Below, piece after piece: positions 48,700 through 58,360 of a stretch of DNA of 64,000 bases. Under the pieces are notes generated by a model. The model ran no database searches, was not told where the DNA came from, and worked only from the letters and a program-made list of their open reading frames with translations. The position numbers were made by a program, and so were the translations under genes. Within the stretch, counting starts at the first letter, position 1; every line of letters starts with the position of its first letter. The stretch is from IMG/VR virus record IMGVR_UViG_3300025770_001492, positions 181,523 through 245,522 of that record. One strand, 5' to 3'.

Positions 48700-49551
48700 A
48701 TGCAAAACTATAAAGAGTGGAAGAAAATTAATGATTTGATGAATGAATCTTTTTCAACAAATCTAGGGGTTTCTTCACGTTCCACCGTTGGCGGTATCGT
48801 CAGCCAATTCCAGACATTTTCAGACCTCAGCGATGAGGATGTACTTGAGGAAATGAAAAAAAGAATGAAGAAGAAGAAGAAGAAGAAGGAAGATGAAGAA
48901 GATGAAGAAGATGCCGAAACTGGAGATGGAGAAATCGTAGATGGCGATGATGCTCCTCCAAAGGACAAACCTAAAGACGACGATAAAGACGACGATAAAG
49001 ACGACGATAAAGACCTTTCTTTCTATGAAAAAATGAAAAAAGCTAAATTGAAAAAAATGAAAGGCATGAAGAGAAAAATGTCAAAGAAGATGAAGGAGCA
49101 TGTTGAACTGGAAAACATGATCGAAGAAATGGAAGACATTTTATCCGAAGTCAAAAAAATGAAGAAGTCCATGGATGACGAAATGGACACAGAAGAAGAA
49201 GAAATCGAAATCGAAGTTGACGACGATGACGATGACGACAAGTGTATAAAAGATTCAAAAGATTCAAAAGATTCAGAAGAAGATTCAGAAGAAGATTCAG
49301 AAGAAGAAATGAAGATGATGAAAAAGAAATCCGGCAAAAAGATGAAAAAGGGTATGAAAGAATCTTCTGAGGAAGAATCTTGGTTGAATAGCGTCGAAAC
49401 AATGACTACCTTTACCAATACTAAAAATTGGGACGGCATGCCTATCGAAGAAGACATGCTCATCCAGACTCAACGAGACGAGTCAGGTGCTACTGAAGAG
49501 CCAGGCCCTGGAGAGGTAGGACACGCTCCACAGCAAAGATTTGGATTTTAA
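48700..49551 (+). CDS. Highly charged K/D/E/M low-complexity protein, candidate core/scaffold protein
   Basis: MQNYKEWKKINDLMNE; RBS ggaga; alternating acidic and KKMK blocks; TATATA at 48647. Confidence 0.65.
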   Translation: MQNYKEWKKINDLMNESFSTNLGVSSRSTVGGIVSQFQTFSDLSDEDVLEEMKKRMKKKKKKKEDEEDEEDAETGDGEIVDGDDAPPKDKPKDDDKDDDKDDDKDLSFYEKMKKAKLKKMKGMKRKMSKKMKEHVELENMIEEMEDILSEVKKMKKSMDDEMDTEEEEIEIEVDDDDDDDKCIKDSKDSKDSEEDSEEDSEEEMKMMKKKSGKKMKKGMKESSEEESWLNSVETMTTFTNTKNWDGMPIEEDMLIQTQRDESGATEEPGPGEVGHAPQQRFGF

Positions 49552-50471
49552 ACGTAGTTTATAAAATCCTTTATTCCATTTTTTATATTCCATTTAGAGC
49601 GGAAACCCAATTGGGTTTCCGCTTTTTTCATATCACACTCAGTGTGTCCTTGAAACGAGTCCATAAACGGACAGTCAATGTATTCTGGCTTGAATCCCTC
49701 TTTTAACTTCCCTTCTTGCACAAGAGCATCGCTTATCAATTTTATGATTTCATTAAAAGTAGTGGCAACTCCAGTGCCCATGTTGAAAATTCCACTGTTT
49801 CCCTTTGAGACATAGTCCAAAGCCATCATATTGGCTTCAACTACATCTTTAACATATATCCAGTCTCTTTTTTGTTCTCCATCTTTAAATATTTTTGGAT
49901 TACTTCCTTCTTTCATCTGTTTGATTAATTGATAAATCATGCTTGCCCTTTTGCCTTTGTGGTACTCTCCTGGGCCGTAAACATTGCAATATCTAAGACC
50001 TGCTACACTTGCCTCATTTTGAGAAGCCCATTCAAGAACCCATTTTTCAAATTCTAATTTTGATTCCGCATAAAATGTTAAAGGGTTTGGCTTTATTGGA
50101 GAGTCCTCCAAATAAGGAGCAGGATTGTCTCCGTAGATTGCAGTAGAAGACGCAAACACAAACTTGCGGCATCCTTGCTCGTACATTCTTTCAAACAACT
50201 CTATAGCAGACCAGACGTTTGCTTTAAACATTTCTCTGTAGTCTTTGCTTTGTGTGTCATTATCAGCAGCTTGATGAAATACAACATCTATTCCATTCAA
50301 GAAAGGCCAATCCAATCCGTTTAAATGAGTGGTCAAAACTTTTACATTGCCACTGGGGTTCGATTCTGTTTTGTTCCCAGTTACTACAACGCAATTACTT
50401 GAATCTTGAACCAATGCGTTTGTCAAATTTGATCCTACAAATCCAGTTCCGCCAGTAACTAATATTTTCAT
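49548..50471 (-). CDS. hldD: ADP-L-glycero-D-manno-heptose 6-epimerase-like extended SDR
   Basis: GGTGFVG, FASSTAIYG, YAESK, RYCNVYGPGEYHKGKRASM, RDWIYVKD. Confidence 0.82.
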   Translation of the reverse strand: MKILVTGGTGFVGSNLTNALVQDSSNCVVVTGNKTESNPSGNVKVLTTHLNGLDWPFLNGIDVVFHQAADNDTQSKDYREMFKANVWSAIELFERMYEQGCRKFVFASSTAIYGDNPAPYLEDSPIKPNPLTFYAESKLEFEKWVLEWASQNEASVAGLRYCNVYGPGEYHKGKRASMIYQLIKQMKEGSNPKIFKDGEQKRDWIYVKDVVEANMMALDYVSKGNSGIFNMGTGVATTFNEIIKLISDALVQEGKLKEGFKPEYIDCPFMDSFQGHTECDMKKAETQLGFRSKWNIKNGIKDFINYV

Positions 50472-50545
50472 TTTTAACCTTTTATTTCTATTGTGTATTT
50501 TTTATTCTTTGATAAAATTACTAGAATCATTTAAGAGGATTCATT

Positions 50546-50686
50546 ATGGATGTTTTTGTAAATTACTGGAAAAAAGAAAAAGAACATATAATAATAAAAA
50601 TAGTAGATTGGGCACATAGAAACAATATAAAAGTAGAAGATTTGAAAAAAAATGAAATCAGGCAGGCAATCAAAGGAAGGCCGTGA
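50546..50686 (+). CDS. 46-aa hypothetical peptide (not in ORF track)
   Basis: RBS gagga; MDVFVNYWKKEKEH... Confidence 0.45.
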   Translation: MDVFVNYWKKEKEHIIIKIVDWAHRNNIKVEDLKKNEIRQAIKGRP

Positions 50687-50839
50687 CATCAAGTATATGT
50701 CCTAGAGGGTCTTACTACAGGCTTTAGTCGCTTTTTTAAGGCAATTCTTTTCTTCTTTGACTTGTCAAACTTGATATCATATTTTAGACTGTTATCTTCA
50801 AGCCATTTTTTAAAACTTGTTTTTTCCATAGTACTATTT

Positions 50840-51610
50840 ATGTTTTCAAGCAGAGATTTTGTAAATGCATATTTGAAGCATGGTCTTAAGCCAATACCGC
50901 TTTATTGGGGAACTAAGAAACCAATAGGGAAACAGTGGAATGTTGGGTGGTCTAGGAAAAGGTGCCAAGAATCGTTCAAAAAGTATCCTGGAGCAAATAT
51001 TGGAGTGCTTCTGGGAGAGGTAATGGACGTAGAAGGCGACTCTCCTGAAGCAAATAAGCTATTAAACGAAGTTTGCAGCGGGATAGATCACCCCAAATAT
51101 AAAAGCCTAAAGTCAGTTCACCACTTGTTTCGGAGTCCAGATCCTAAGATAACGATTGCCCATTTTAAGAAGATAGAATTTAGAGGATCAAATCACCAGT
51201 CTGTATTCCCTCCAAGTCAGCACGAAAGTGGAAAGAGATACGAATGGATTGAGTGGTGTGAAGAAATCCCTGAAATGCCGAAAGAGCTTAGGGATGTATT
51301 GAAAATATCAAAGATAAAAAAGAAAAAGTCAACTAAAGAAAAAGTAAAGTTCAACGTAAATCATGTCTCTAAAATCATTCCTACGGCTCAATACCTAAAA
51401 AACAATTTAAAATTTAACTACGACGTGAAGCCAGGACACTCGAAACTTTGGTGTCCTGTTTGTGAAAATATACAATTTTTACACTCTAAAAGATTGCATT
51501 TTGAATTCATTGCCTTTAAGACTCTAGGCTTTGATTGGTCATGTTCAAGTTGTAGAGATGTTGACGTTAGAGGGCTTGTGAGAAATCTCAGAAAAGAAAC
51601 AATAGTCTAA
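50840..51610 (+). CDS. Bifunctional primase-polymerase (Prim-Pol) domain protein with C-terminal zinc ribbon
   Basis: PIPL...KKP, ANIGVLLG, DVEG, HHLF, IEFRG..HQSVFPPS.H.SG..YEW; CPVC/CSSC. Confidence 0.85.
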   Translation: MFSSRDFVNAYLKHGLKPIPLYWGTKKPIGKQWNVGWSRKRCQESFKKYPGANIGVLLGEVMDVEGDSPEANKLLNEVCSGIDHPKYKSLKSVHHLFRSPDPKITIAHFKKIEFRGSNHQSVFPPSQHESGKRYEWIEWCEEIPEMPKELRDVLKISKIKKKKSTKEKVKFNVNHVSKIIPTAQYLKNNLKFNYDVKPGHSKLWCPVCENIQFLHSKRLHFEFIAFKTLGFDWSCSSCRDVDVRGLVRNLRKETIV

Positions 51611-52219
51611 AACTTGTTTTACATGATTTCCATGTTGTTCGAGAATTGTGTGGTTCCCAAAAGTTGACTCATAGGAATTTGTGTTGTATCTTTTTGTAAT
51701 TAAAGTATTTTTCATGGGAACATATCTTTCATCCCACGAGAACACTTCGTCATCTTTTTGGTGATATAACCAAATCGGCATATTTTTCTTTTCTTCACTG
51801 CATTCTTTAACGCCTTCTGTGTCCAAAATCGCTCCTGCATGACAAATAACACCAGCAAATGGACTTTCTGTTCTAGAAGCAAGCTCTAGAGCCATAACAC
51901 CACCAGCAGAAAATCCAGATAAAACAATTCTGTTTCTTGGAACATCTTGCAGATCGTTATCGAGTAGACGTTCAAGCCATTCAGCAGCCTTTTGTATCCC
52001 TTGAACAGATCTTCTCTGATCTTTTAAACCGTTTGGTAAAGGATACCACTCAAAATCTTTTGGAGTGGGAGCAACTATTGCAGTATTTTTTGTTACTTTA
52101 GATGAATAATAATCTGCAATTATCCGCCCATGCTGCCCCCTGCCCGGAATGCAAAGAACACAAGAATCACAATTTGTAGACAAGCCGCTGCGGTAAATGT
52201 TTAACACGTAATTCCCCAT
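51545..52219 (-). CDS. Phospholipase/carboxylesterase (alpha/beta hydrolase)
   Basis: GFSAGG nucleophile elbow, DEV, NH. Confidence 0.85.
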   Translation of the reverse strand: MGNYVLNIYRSGLSTNCDSCVLCIPGRGQHGRIIADYYSSKVTKNTAIVAPTPKDFEWYPLPNGLKDQRRSVQGIQKAAEWLERLLDNDLQDVPRNRIVLSGFSAGGVMALELASRTESPFAGVICHAGAILDTEGVKECSEEKKNMPIWLYHQKDDEVFSWDERYVPMKNTLITKRYNTNSYESTFGNHTILEQHGNHVKQVLDYCFFSEISHKPSNVNISTT

Positions 52220-53151
52220 TCAAACAAGTTTTCAGAAACCTTACTATAGCCAATATGTTTCGATATTCTTTCGTAAAGGTGTTTAGGAAGTTCATTTTCT
52301 AAAATCTTCAAAAAACCGCCTTCTATCGCCGTTGATTTATTGGATTTTTTTATAGCATCCCGAAGTCTTTTAGAACTGTATCCAGTACAAGAGTGGCAAT
52401 TTACTGGATCGCCGTCTTCATTCCAAAACTCATCACTCTCTAGTTTTTTATAATCTATATTCCAGTATTTTTCGTCCCTGTTGTCTTTCACAAATTCAAC
52501 TGTAAAATTTGAAAGATCATACATTAAGCCAACAAGCTCTGGAGTCGCTAACCAAAAATTACTTAAGGTTCTATATTCTAATCCGTGCAAAGGCTCACGA
52601 AACCTTCCAGCTTCTCCGTATATTTTTTTTCTTTCTTTGCTTGCTTTGTCACCATCTAAGAAAATAGATGGAATTCCCAAGAACAAATCCATCATCCTGA
52701 CAGTTCTTATTCTTACCAATTGATTTTTTAGAATTTCATGACCCAGATGAATATGTCCCCCTGCCGTCCTTAAGTTGCTTCTGTGGAAAAAAGTCTCATC
52801 TGGCTCAACCCAATCAAGCTCGTATGCACATGCTTCTCTTTTGCATCCCATTTCAAGAGCTTCTGGGTGCTTTAATGCTTCGCTTGGAAATCGAGCACTT
52901 GATTTACACCAAAGCTCATATGGTTTCACAAGTTCGGAATACAATTGAAAGCATTCTCTAAAGTTTTCAATTGCTTCTTCCTTGCTATAGGCTGGCTTTA
53001 TCGAGCACTCTGCGAGTACGTTGTCATGAAAAAAAGAATGACCTTCTGCTTTGTGCCTTTTTTCTTTGCTGCCTGGCACAATCCCAATTGCACTCTGAAT
53101 GCCTGCATTACTTTTGAGGATAAACTCAGGATCACTTCCAAACGAAATCAT
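52201..53151 (-). CDS. phiEco32-like COOH.NH2 ligase type 2
   Basis: SFGSDPEF, HDNVLAE, LRTAGGHIHLG, YGEAGRFR...GLEYRTLSNFW. Confidence 0.9.
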   Translation of the reverse strand: MISFGSDPEFILKSNAGIQSAIGIVPGSKEKRHKAEGHSFFHDNVLAECSIKPAYSKEEAIENFRECFQLYSELVKPYELWCKSSARFPSEALKHPEALEMGCKREACAYELDWVEPDETFFHRSNLRTAGGHIHLGHEILKNQLVRIRTVRMMDLFLGIPSIFLDGDKASKERKKIYGEAGRFREPLHGLEYRTLSNFWLATPELVGLMYDLSNFTVEFVKDNRDEKYWNIDYKKLESDEFWNEDGDPVNCHSCTGYSSKRLRDAIKKSNKSTAIEGGFLKILENELPKHLYERISKHIGYSKVSENLFEWGITC

Positions 53152-53161
53152 ATTTTTCCTA

Positions 53162-53944
53162 TCATTTAAAAAGCCTATACCAGTGTGGCATTTTCTCACA
53201 CGCAACATTCGAAGAAAAAGCACTTATTCCCATTTTATTATGCATGGTGTGAATGTCTATATCACTTGGATAATTATCTTCTATTTTTCTGTGAAATATC
53301 TTTTTGTCTCCATGCACTAGAATTCTGTAAAACCCTTTCTTGGCGGTTCTGAGTCTAAACTTATCAACGGATTGGTATGTTGGCCTTTCGTTTTCGCATA
53401 TGTCGTGAATCGTGGCCATGAAACTTTCGTCGGGCTTATGTGAAAATCCAACTCTAATAAGCAAAGCGTAAAGAGAAATCATTGGAGGGCTTTTTAGCCA
53501 CCTTTTGCTTCCTGTAAAAACCCAAGCCTTTTCATTTAGATACTTCTTTTCTGGATTTGATACGCATCGAGCGACTGTCTTTTTTATCCCTAGTCGGTCT
53601 TCGATTTGATTCAAGAACATCAAGCATTTGGGCACGTTGTCTTTAAAGTTTTTGTCTTTATCATGTGCTACTAGCAATTTGCATTTTTCTATGCAAATTT
53701 TAGGATGCACTTCTGGGTCGTAAACGAAACCATATTTCTTCTTTTTCTTGTTTAAAAGATGTGCCTGTATTGCGTCTTGTAAGTAATCTTTACAATACGC
53801 AAGGGGCATGCATTGCTCATTTTTTTGAGAAACAAATGCAAATTGAAGCCCTTTTTTAACGCCTTGCAACAATCTTTGCTTCTCGGAAAACCACTTTATT
53901 TTAACTTTATTTTTCATAATTTTCATTATTGGGTCCTCATGCAT
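53162..53944 (-). CDS. Hypothetical protein co-transcribed with the ligase
   Basis: 260-aa ORF; CKDYLQD, SPPMISLYALLIR. Confidence 0.6.
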   Translation of the reverse strand: MHEDPIMKIMKNKVKIKWFSEKQRLLQGVKKGLQFAFVSQKNEQCMPLAYCKDYLQDAIQAHLLNKKKKKYGFVYDPEVHPKICIEKCKLLVAHDKDKNFKDNVPKCLMFLNQIEDRLGIKKTVARCVSNPEKKYLNEKAWVFTGSKRWLKSPPMISLYALLIRVGFSHKPDESFMATIHDICENERPTYQSVDKFRLRTAKKGFYRILVHGDKKIFHRKIEDNYPSDIDIHTMHNKMGISAFSSNVACEKMPHWYRLFK

Positions 53945-54005
53945 AATCTAAATTTAAATCATTATGATGAATAGAAAATATTATGAAAACCCTAAATAAA
54001 GTGTT

Positions 54006-54305
54006 ATGTTGAATTTTAGAGAATTTATTTTAAACGAAAACTACCAATTTCATGATGTAGAGATTGCAAATATGTACATGCATCAACCAAGCTTAAAGGT
54101 TAAAGAAATATCTGAAAAAACTGGGAAATCTGTAGCTGAAATATATAGAGTACTTCAGAGAAGCGGCATGCCTGCGAACAGAATGCCTATCAACCACGAA
54201 TCTGTCTTTTCTCTCTCTGACGCTGGGTTTAATGTAAGACATATTGCAGAACTAACTGGATATACACCTAGAAACATTAGGTACATATTGAAAAAAGGAA
54301 ACTAA
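54006..54305 (+). CDS. Double-HTH protein with capsid-targeting-like N-terminus
   Basis: MLNFREFILNE; VKEISEKTGKSVAEIYRVL; VRHIAELTGYTPRNIRYIL; TAAATA 7 nt upstream. Confidence 0.75.
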   Translation: MLNFREFILNENYQFHDVEIANMYMHQPSLKVKEISEKTGKSVAEIYRVLQRSGMPANRMPINHESVFSLSDAGFNVRHIAELTGYTPRNIRYILKKGN

Positions 54306-54306
54306 T

Positions 54307-55134
54307 ATGGCAATTGTGTCAGGAGACATCGTATACTTTATGTCTGGTGGGTCGGGCAATTCGAACCCGAGCAATTCCATTGGAGGAGACCCTTCTAGTT
54401 CTCCTATTTCGGGATTAGTGAACAATTTGTTCGATAACATCTCACCAGAAGAAACTGTTGCTGGAAAAACCGACTATAGGTGCTTTTACATATTTAATCA
54501 GAATGGAATAGACTCTCTTTATAATACAATCTTTTACTTAAACTCTCAAATATCTGGTGGATCTGGAATAACCATTGGAGTCAAAGAAGCTACTGATGTT
54601 CAACAGATAAATATATCGGGAATCGATGGCTTGCCTGGCACTTTTACTATAGCTTATGAAGGAGACCCAGTAACTGTAGCCTATGACTCCGATTTGGCAG
54701 TGTGGAGTGCAAACTTACAAGATGGGATAAATAACAATACTTCCTTAAGTGGAGTTGTATCAAACGCATCATCTAGTGCTTCTGGGAGTGCGTCTTTTTC
54801 TTTAAGCTTTGAAGGGGAAGACAATAATCGATACCATGAATTGATAACTTTAGTTAGCAATGACATGTCTGGTGCCACAACTTTTTCCATTTCTAAAATA
54901 ACGAACGGATCGCCAGTAAATTCAATTGCTGACTTGTTAGACTTTGACACAAATGCTCCAAATGATGTTGTTTTTGTGAATCCAACATTTGAGTCTCCAA
55001 TCGTTGCAAACACTTTCTATGCTTCTGATGGCATTCCAATTTGGGTCAGGAGAGTCACAGCAGCGGGCGCAACGCCTATTGAACCTGACGGGTTTCAGTT
55101 TGCAGTTTATGGAAACCCTACTCCTACTATATGA
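54307..55134 (+). CDS. Probable virion structural beta protein
   Basis: SGGSGNSNPSNSIGG, NNLFDNIS, DYRCFYI, IWVRR; G/S/T rich. Confidence 0.55.
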   Translation: MAIVSGDIVYFMSGGSGNSNPSNSIGGDPSSSPISGLVNNLFDNISPEETVAGKTDYRCFYIFNQNGIDSLYNTIFYLNSQISGGSGITIGVKEATDVQQINISGIDGLPGTFTIAYEGDPVTVAYDSDLAVWSANLQDGINNNTSLSGVVSNASSSASGSASFSLSFEGEDNNRYHELITLVSNDMSGATTFSISKITNGSPVNSIADLLDFDTNAPNDVVFVNPTFESPIVANTFYASDGIPIWVRRVTAAGATPIEPDGFQFAVYGNPTPTI

Positions 55135-55146
55135 TAAAGGATTTTT

Positions 55147-55770
55147 ATGTTTATGCTTAGATTTACACTTTTTTTATTCATGTTCTTTGTGTCTACGAAC
55201 GCAAGCGGGCAGATTATAATTATAAACCCAAATGAATCCGTTAATAAAGTCATTCAAGAGGCACCAAAACCTTTAGTTAAGCACTTTGGCGAAGCTTTAA
55301 AGCAGTACGAAAATTGGGTAAACAATGTCTCGAATGAAGAAGTTTATAAGAGTTTAAAAATCAGGGACAGAACCACTGGAGAAATAGTAGATTTTAAGGA
55401 CCTATCTGATCTTAAAAAGGACTTATTCTACCTTTGGCAATCTGAGCTTTGTGGAAATAAAATGTCCTCTTTAGAATCAAAGTGGTTTAACTCTTATAAT
55501 AACGCAGAGGATTTGTCAGAAGAAGGAGAAGGAGAAGGAGAAGGAGAAGGAGAAGATCTGAATCGTCTTGCAAACAAAAAAGATATATCAAAGTATGGAA
55601 AATCTCTTAGGACATTAAGAGAAAAGCATGCAAAAAATTATGAAAATCTAATTAAGAAAATTTTTGAAAAACATAAAGATGTAATTCCTGAAAAAGATCA
55701 AGAAGCTTATTTGAAAAGAATACAAGATTGGAATTCTAAAGAAAAATTAATCAAAGAGGAAAATAGATGA
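55147..55770 (+). CDS. Secreted/membrane-anchored hypothetical protein with (EG)5 tract
   Basis: Signal-peptide-like N-terminus; gaagga repeat at 55522-55554. Confidence 0.6.
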   Translation: MFMLRFTLFLFMFFVSTNASGQIIIINPNESVNKVIQEAPKPLVKHFGEALKQYENWVNNVSNEEVYKSLKIRDRTTGEIVDFKDLSDLKKDLFYLWQSELCGNKMSSLESKWFNSYNNAEDLSEEGEGEGEGEGEDLNRLANKKDISKYGKSLRTLREKHAKNYENLIKKIFEKHKDVIPEKDQEAYLKRIQDWNSKEKLIKEENR

Positions 55771-56531
55771 AGTCTGACAAATTTATTTGTCCTATTTCTG
55801 GAAAAATCTGCTTTCAAAAGAAAGAAATATTTGTCACATGTATAGATGGAAAATTCGGAAATTTTCCCCTATGTTCTGACTGTTCTTCAAAAATTAGACA
55901 AGACAGTGTGGCACAAGAAGATATGTCAAAAATAAAAAATTTTATAAACGCTTTGTCAAAAATTTTAGGCAATTCTAAGTCTGTAGAAAGCATAGACGGG
56001 GACTCTAAAAAAAACAAAGCTAAAATTTGCCCTGAATGTGAGTGCTCATTTGCAGAAATTGCAAAAGAATCAAAGATGGGATGCTCCAATTGTTTGTCTT
56101 TCTTCAAAGAAGAAATTGAAATTGCACTTGATATAATTGAATCCAACAAGGAGCATTTAGGAAAATTACCTACTCAATGTTTTGAATCAAACAATGTAAA
56201 TTATTTTAATGAGATTAAAAGAGCATTCAACGACAGTCATTTTTACCTAAACGATTTAATGGATGAGGCTGTTAGTATCGAAAATTATGAATTAGCTGCT
56301 AAAATTAGAGACTCTATCAGGATGTTAAGAGGCTGTCTTGAAAAAGCGGCATTCTTAAAAGAAGACATGCAAAAAATAGAACAAGAATTGAATAAAGAAG
56401 ACATCTCTAGAGATTTAAAATTAGTAAAACAGCATATAAACAGTTTAGAGAATAATTTCTTAGAGCTTAAAGATATATTCAGGATATCTCAAGAGATTAT
56501 AAAAGAATATAAAAACAAAGGACGACAGTAG
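55767..56531 (+). CDS. McsA-like zinc-binding UvrB/UvrC-motif protein
   Basis: LCSDC, CPECECSFAEIAKESKMGCSNC, HLGKLP, AVSIENYELAAKIRDSI. Confidence 0.85.
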   Translation: MKSDKFICPISGKICFQKKEIFVTCIDGKFGNFPLCSDCSSKIRQDSVAQEDMSKIKNFINALSKILGNSKSVESIDGDSKKNKAKICPECECSFAEIAKESKMGCSNCLSFFKEEIEIALDIIESNKEHLGKLPTQCFESNNVNYFNEIKRAFNDSHFYLNDLMDEAVSIENYELAAKIRDSIRMLRGCLEKAAFLKEDMQKIEQELNKEDISRDLKLVKQHINSLENNFLELKDIFRISQEIIKEYKNKGRQ

Positions 56532-56554
56532 TCGCCCTTTGTTTTTGTTCGTTT

Positions 56555-57499
56555 TTAATGAGTGTTGGCCCATTCCGTAAATTTTCTTGGATCTATAATT
56601 CCAAATCCCTCAAAAAACTTTTTACCTGCATAGTTTTTATTCTTTATAGGAATTGTTCCTTGTTTCAACAATTCTCTATAATCATTTACACTTTTAATTT
56701 CTATTTTTGAATTGCTCTTTCTTGAACAAGACAAAAGCAGTGCAGCGACCCCTACAGCAAATGGACAAGCCATTGATGTACCAGATAGGAAGGCGTACCA
56801 ATTGTCGGGAACAGTAGAAAATATTTTTCCACCAGGCGACATGAAGTCCAAATTCTTTCCAGTATTGCTGAAGTCTGATCTTTTAAAGTTTGAATCTATA
56901 GATCCAATTGCTATAGTTTCTGGATAGGCAGCGGGATAGAAAACCTCTTTCGTTTTCCCTGCGTTCCCAGCAGCCACGAAGCAAGGCACGCCTTTTTTGT
57001 AGGCGTATTGAATAGACTTTCTAACGGATTGAAGAGGTCTTGGTGCGCCTAAAGACATAGTTATTATATCTGCCCCATTGTCCACTGCCCATCGAATCCC
57101 TTTTGATACATTCGATAAACTTCCATTCCCGTTCTTGTCCAGCACTTTGACTGGGATTATCTTAGACTTTGGAGCTACTCCAACCATCCCAATATCATTA
57201 TTCACAGCCGAAATTATGCCAGAAACATGTGTCCCGTGCTGGTTGTCATCATGGGCAGTCAACTTAGGGTTTATCATATTCATACCCGGCAACAGGTTTG
57301 CAGCTAAATCTGGGTGATCTAGATCGCAACCGCTATCGAGAACGGCAATTTTAACTCCTTCTCCCTGTGTTGTTTCCCAAGCCTTGGGAAGATCAAATGC
57401 GGTGATTCCCCATCCAATCTTCTGTTCAGCCGACTGAAGAGATACTACCTCTTCAACGTCGTAAGGCAAAAGACTACACTTTCCATCCTGTTTTGTCAT
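56555..57499 (-). CDS. Subtilisin-like S8 serine protease
   Basis: AVLDSG, HGTHVSG, AAGN, SGTSMACP. Confidence 0.95.
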   Translation of the reverse strand: MTKQDGKCSLLPYDVEEVVSLQSAEQKIGWGITAFDLPKAWETTQGEGVKIAVLDSGCDLDHPDLAANLLPGMNMINPKLTAHDDNQHGTHVSGIISAVNNDIGMVGVAPKSKIIPVKVLDKNGNGSLSNVSKGIRWAVDNGADIITMSLGAPRPLQSVRKSIQYAYKKGVPCFVAAGNAGKTKEVFYPAAYPETIAIGSIDSNFKRSDFSNTGKNLDFMSPGGKIFSTVPDNWYAFLSGTSMACPFAVGVAALLLSCSRKSNSKIEIKSVNDYRELLKQGTIPIKNKNYAGKKFFEGFGIIDPRKFTEWANTH

Positions 57500-57525
57500 T
57501 TTACACCTCCTTGTGTTTTTGTTTT

Positions 57526-58005
57526 TTATTCTGCCTTTACTTCTACCTCGATCTCTTCAATTGCTCCATCTAAGTCGCTTCTCCAATTTCCGTTTCGATA
57601 TTTATCGACTATAAAATCAATTGATGAAGATAATACAACATTGATTATTAGATTTTTTATTGAAGGAGATAAAGGCTTTAACCAGATAGGCATTGCTTCC
57701 TTAATGACATGATCATAAAGCTTCTCTACAGATGCTAAAACAGTTGCTTTTTTATCTGGTCCACTTTCCAACTTGTCATCTATGTAATTGACAAGATTGT
57801 CTAGAGCCACAAGTAGGAAATTAGTAACGGCTACAAGTCCTAATTTAGAACTCTTCCAAAACATCCACCATGATTTCTTTTCAGTACTTTCTTTTTTTTC
57901 GTCCCAAGTTATAGCTAACGCATTAACCAAGTTGTCAATTTCTTTGATTTCTTGAGCTTCGCCAACCGGATTCGGTTCTGCTGATAACATTTTAATTAAA
58001 CTCAT
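57526..58005 (-). CDS. Hypothetical protein
   Basis: RBS ggagg; amphipathic helices. Confidence 0.6.
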   Translation of the reverse strand: MSLIKMLSAEPNPVGEAQEIKEIDNLVNALAITWDEKKESTEKKSWWMFWKSSKLGLVAVTNFLLVALDNLVNYIDDKLESGPDKKATVLASVEKLYDHVIKEAMPIWLKPLSPSIKNLIINVVLSSSIDFIVDKYRNGNWRSDLDGAIEEIEVEVKAE

Positions 58006-58020
58006 AATATGGCCTCCTAA

Positions 58021-58359
58021 CTAACCGCATAATTTTCTTAATTCTTCTAACGCTAAATCTGCTTGTAATTGATAGTAATCCTCTGCTAATTGAAGAGCCG
58101 TTGCCTCGTCCACTAGTTCTTCTTCAAGATATACTGCATTAAAGGTATCAGCGTAGTTAATTACATACACACCTCCTGTGCTTAAATTATTTACTACGTT
58201 GATCTTTTTTATAACAAGTTTTTCCAACTTGCCCTTTCGTGCCAATCTTTCTTCATATGCAACATCTCCTTCTTTAAATTTAGTGCGTAAAAATATTGTC
58301 TTTGTTGTAATTGAACAACCTACGGCATTTAAGCCGCCAGTAGCAACATGTGCAAACAT
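58021..58359 (-). CDS. Hypothetical protein
   Basis: 112-aa ORF coupled to the upstream gene. Confidence 0.6.
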   Translation of the reverse strand: MFAHVATGGLNAVGCSITTKTIFLRTKFKEGDVAYEERLARKGKLEKLVIKKINVVNNLSTGGVYVINYADTFNAVYLEEELVDEATALQLAEDYYQLQADLALEELRKLCG

Positions 58360-58360
58360 A

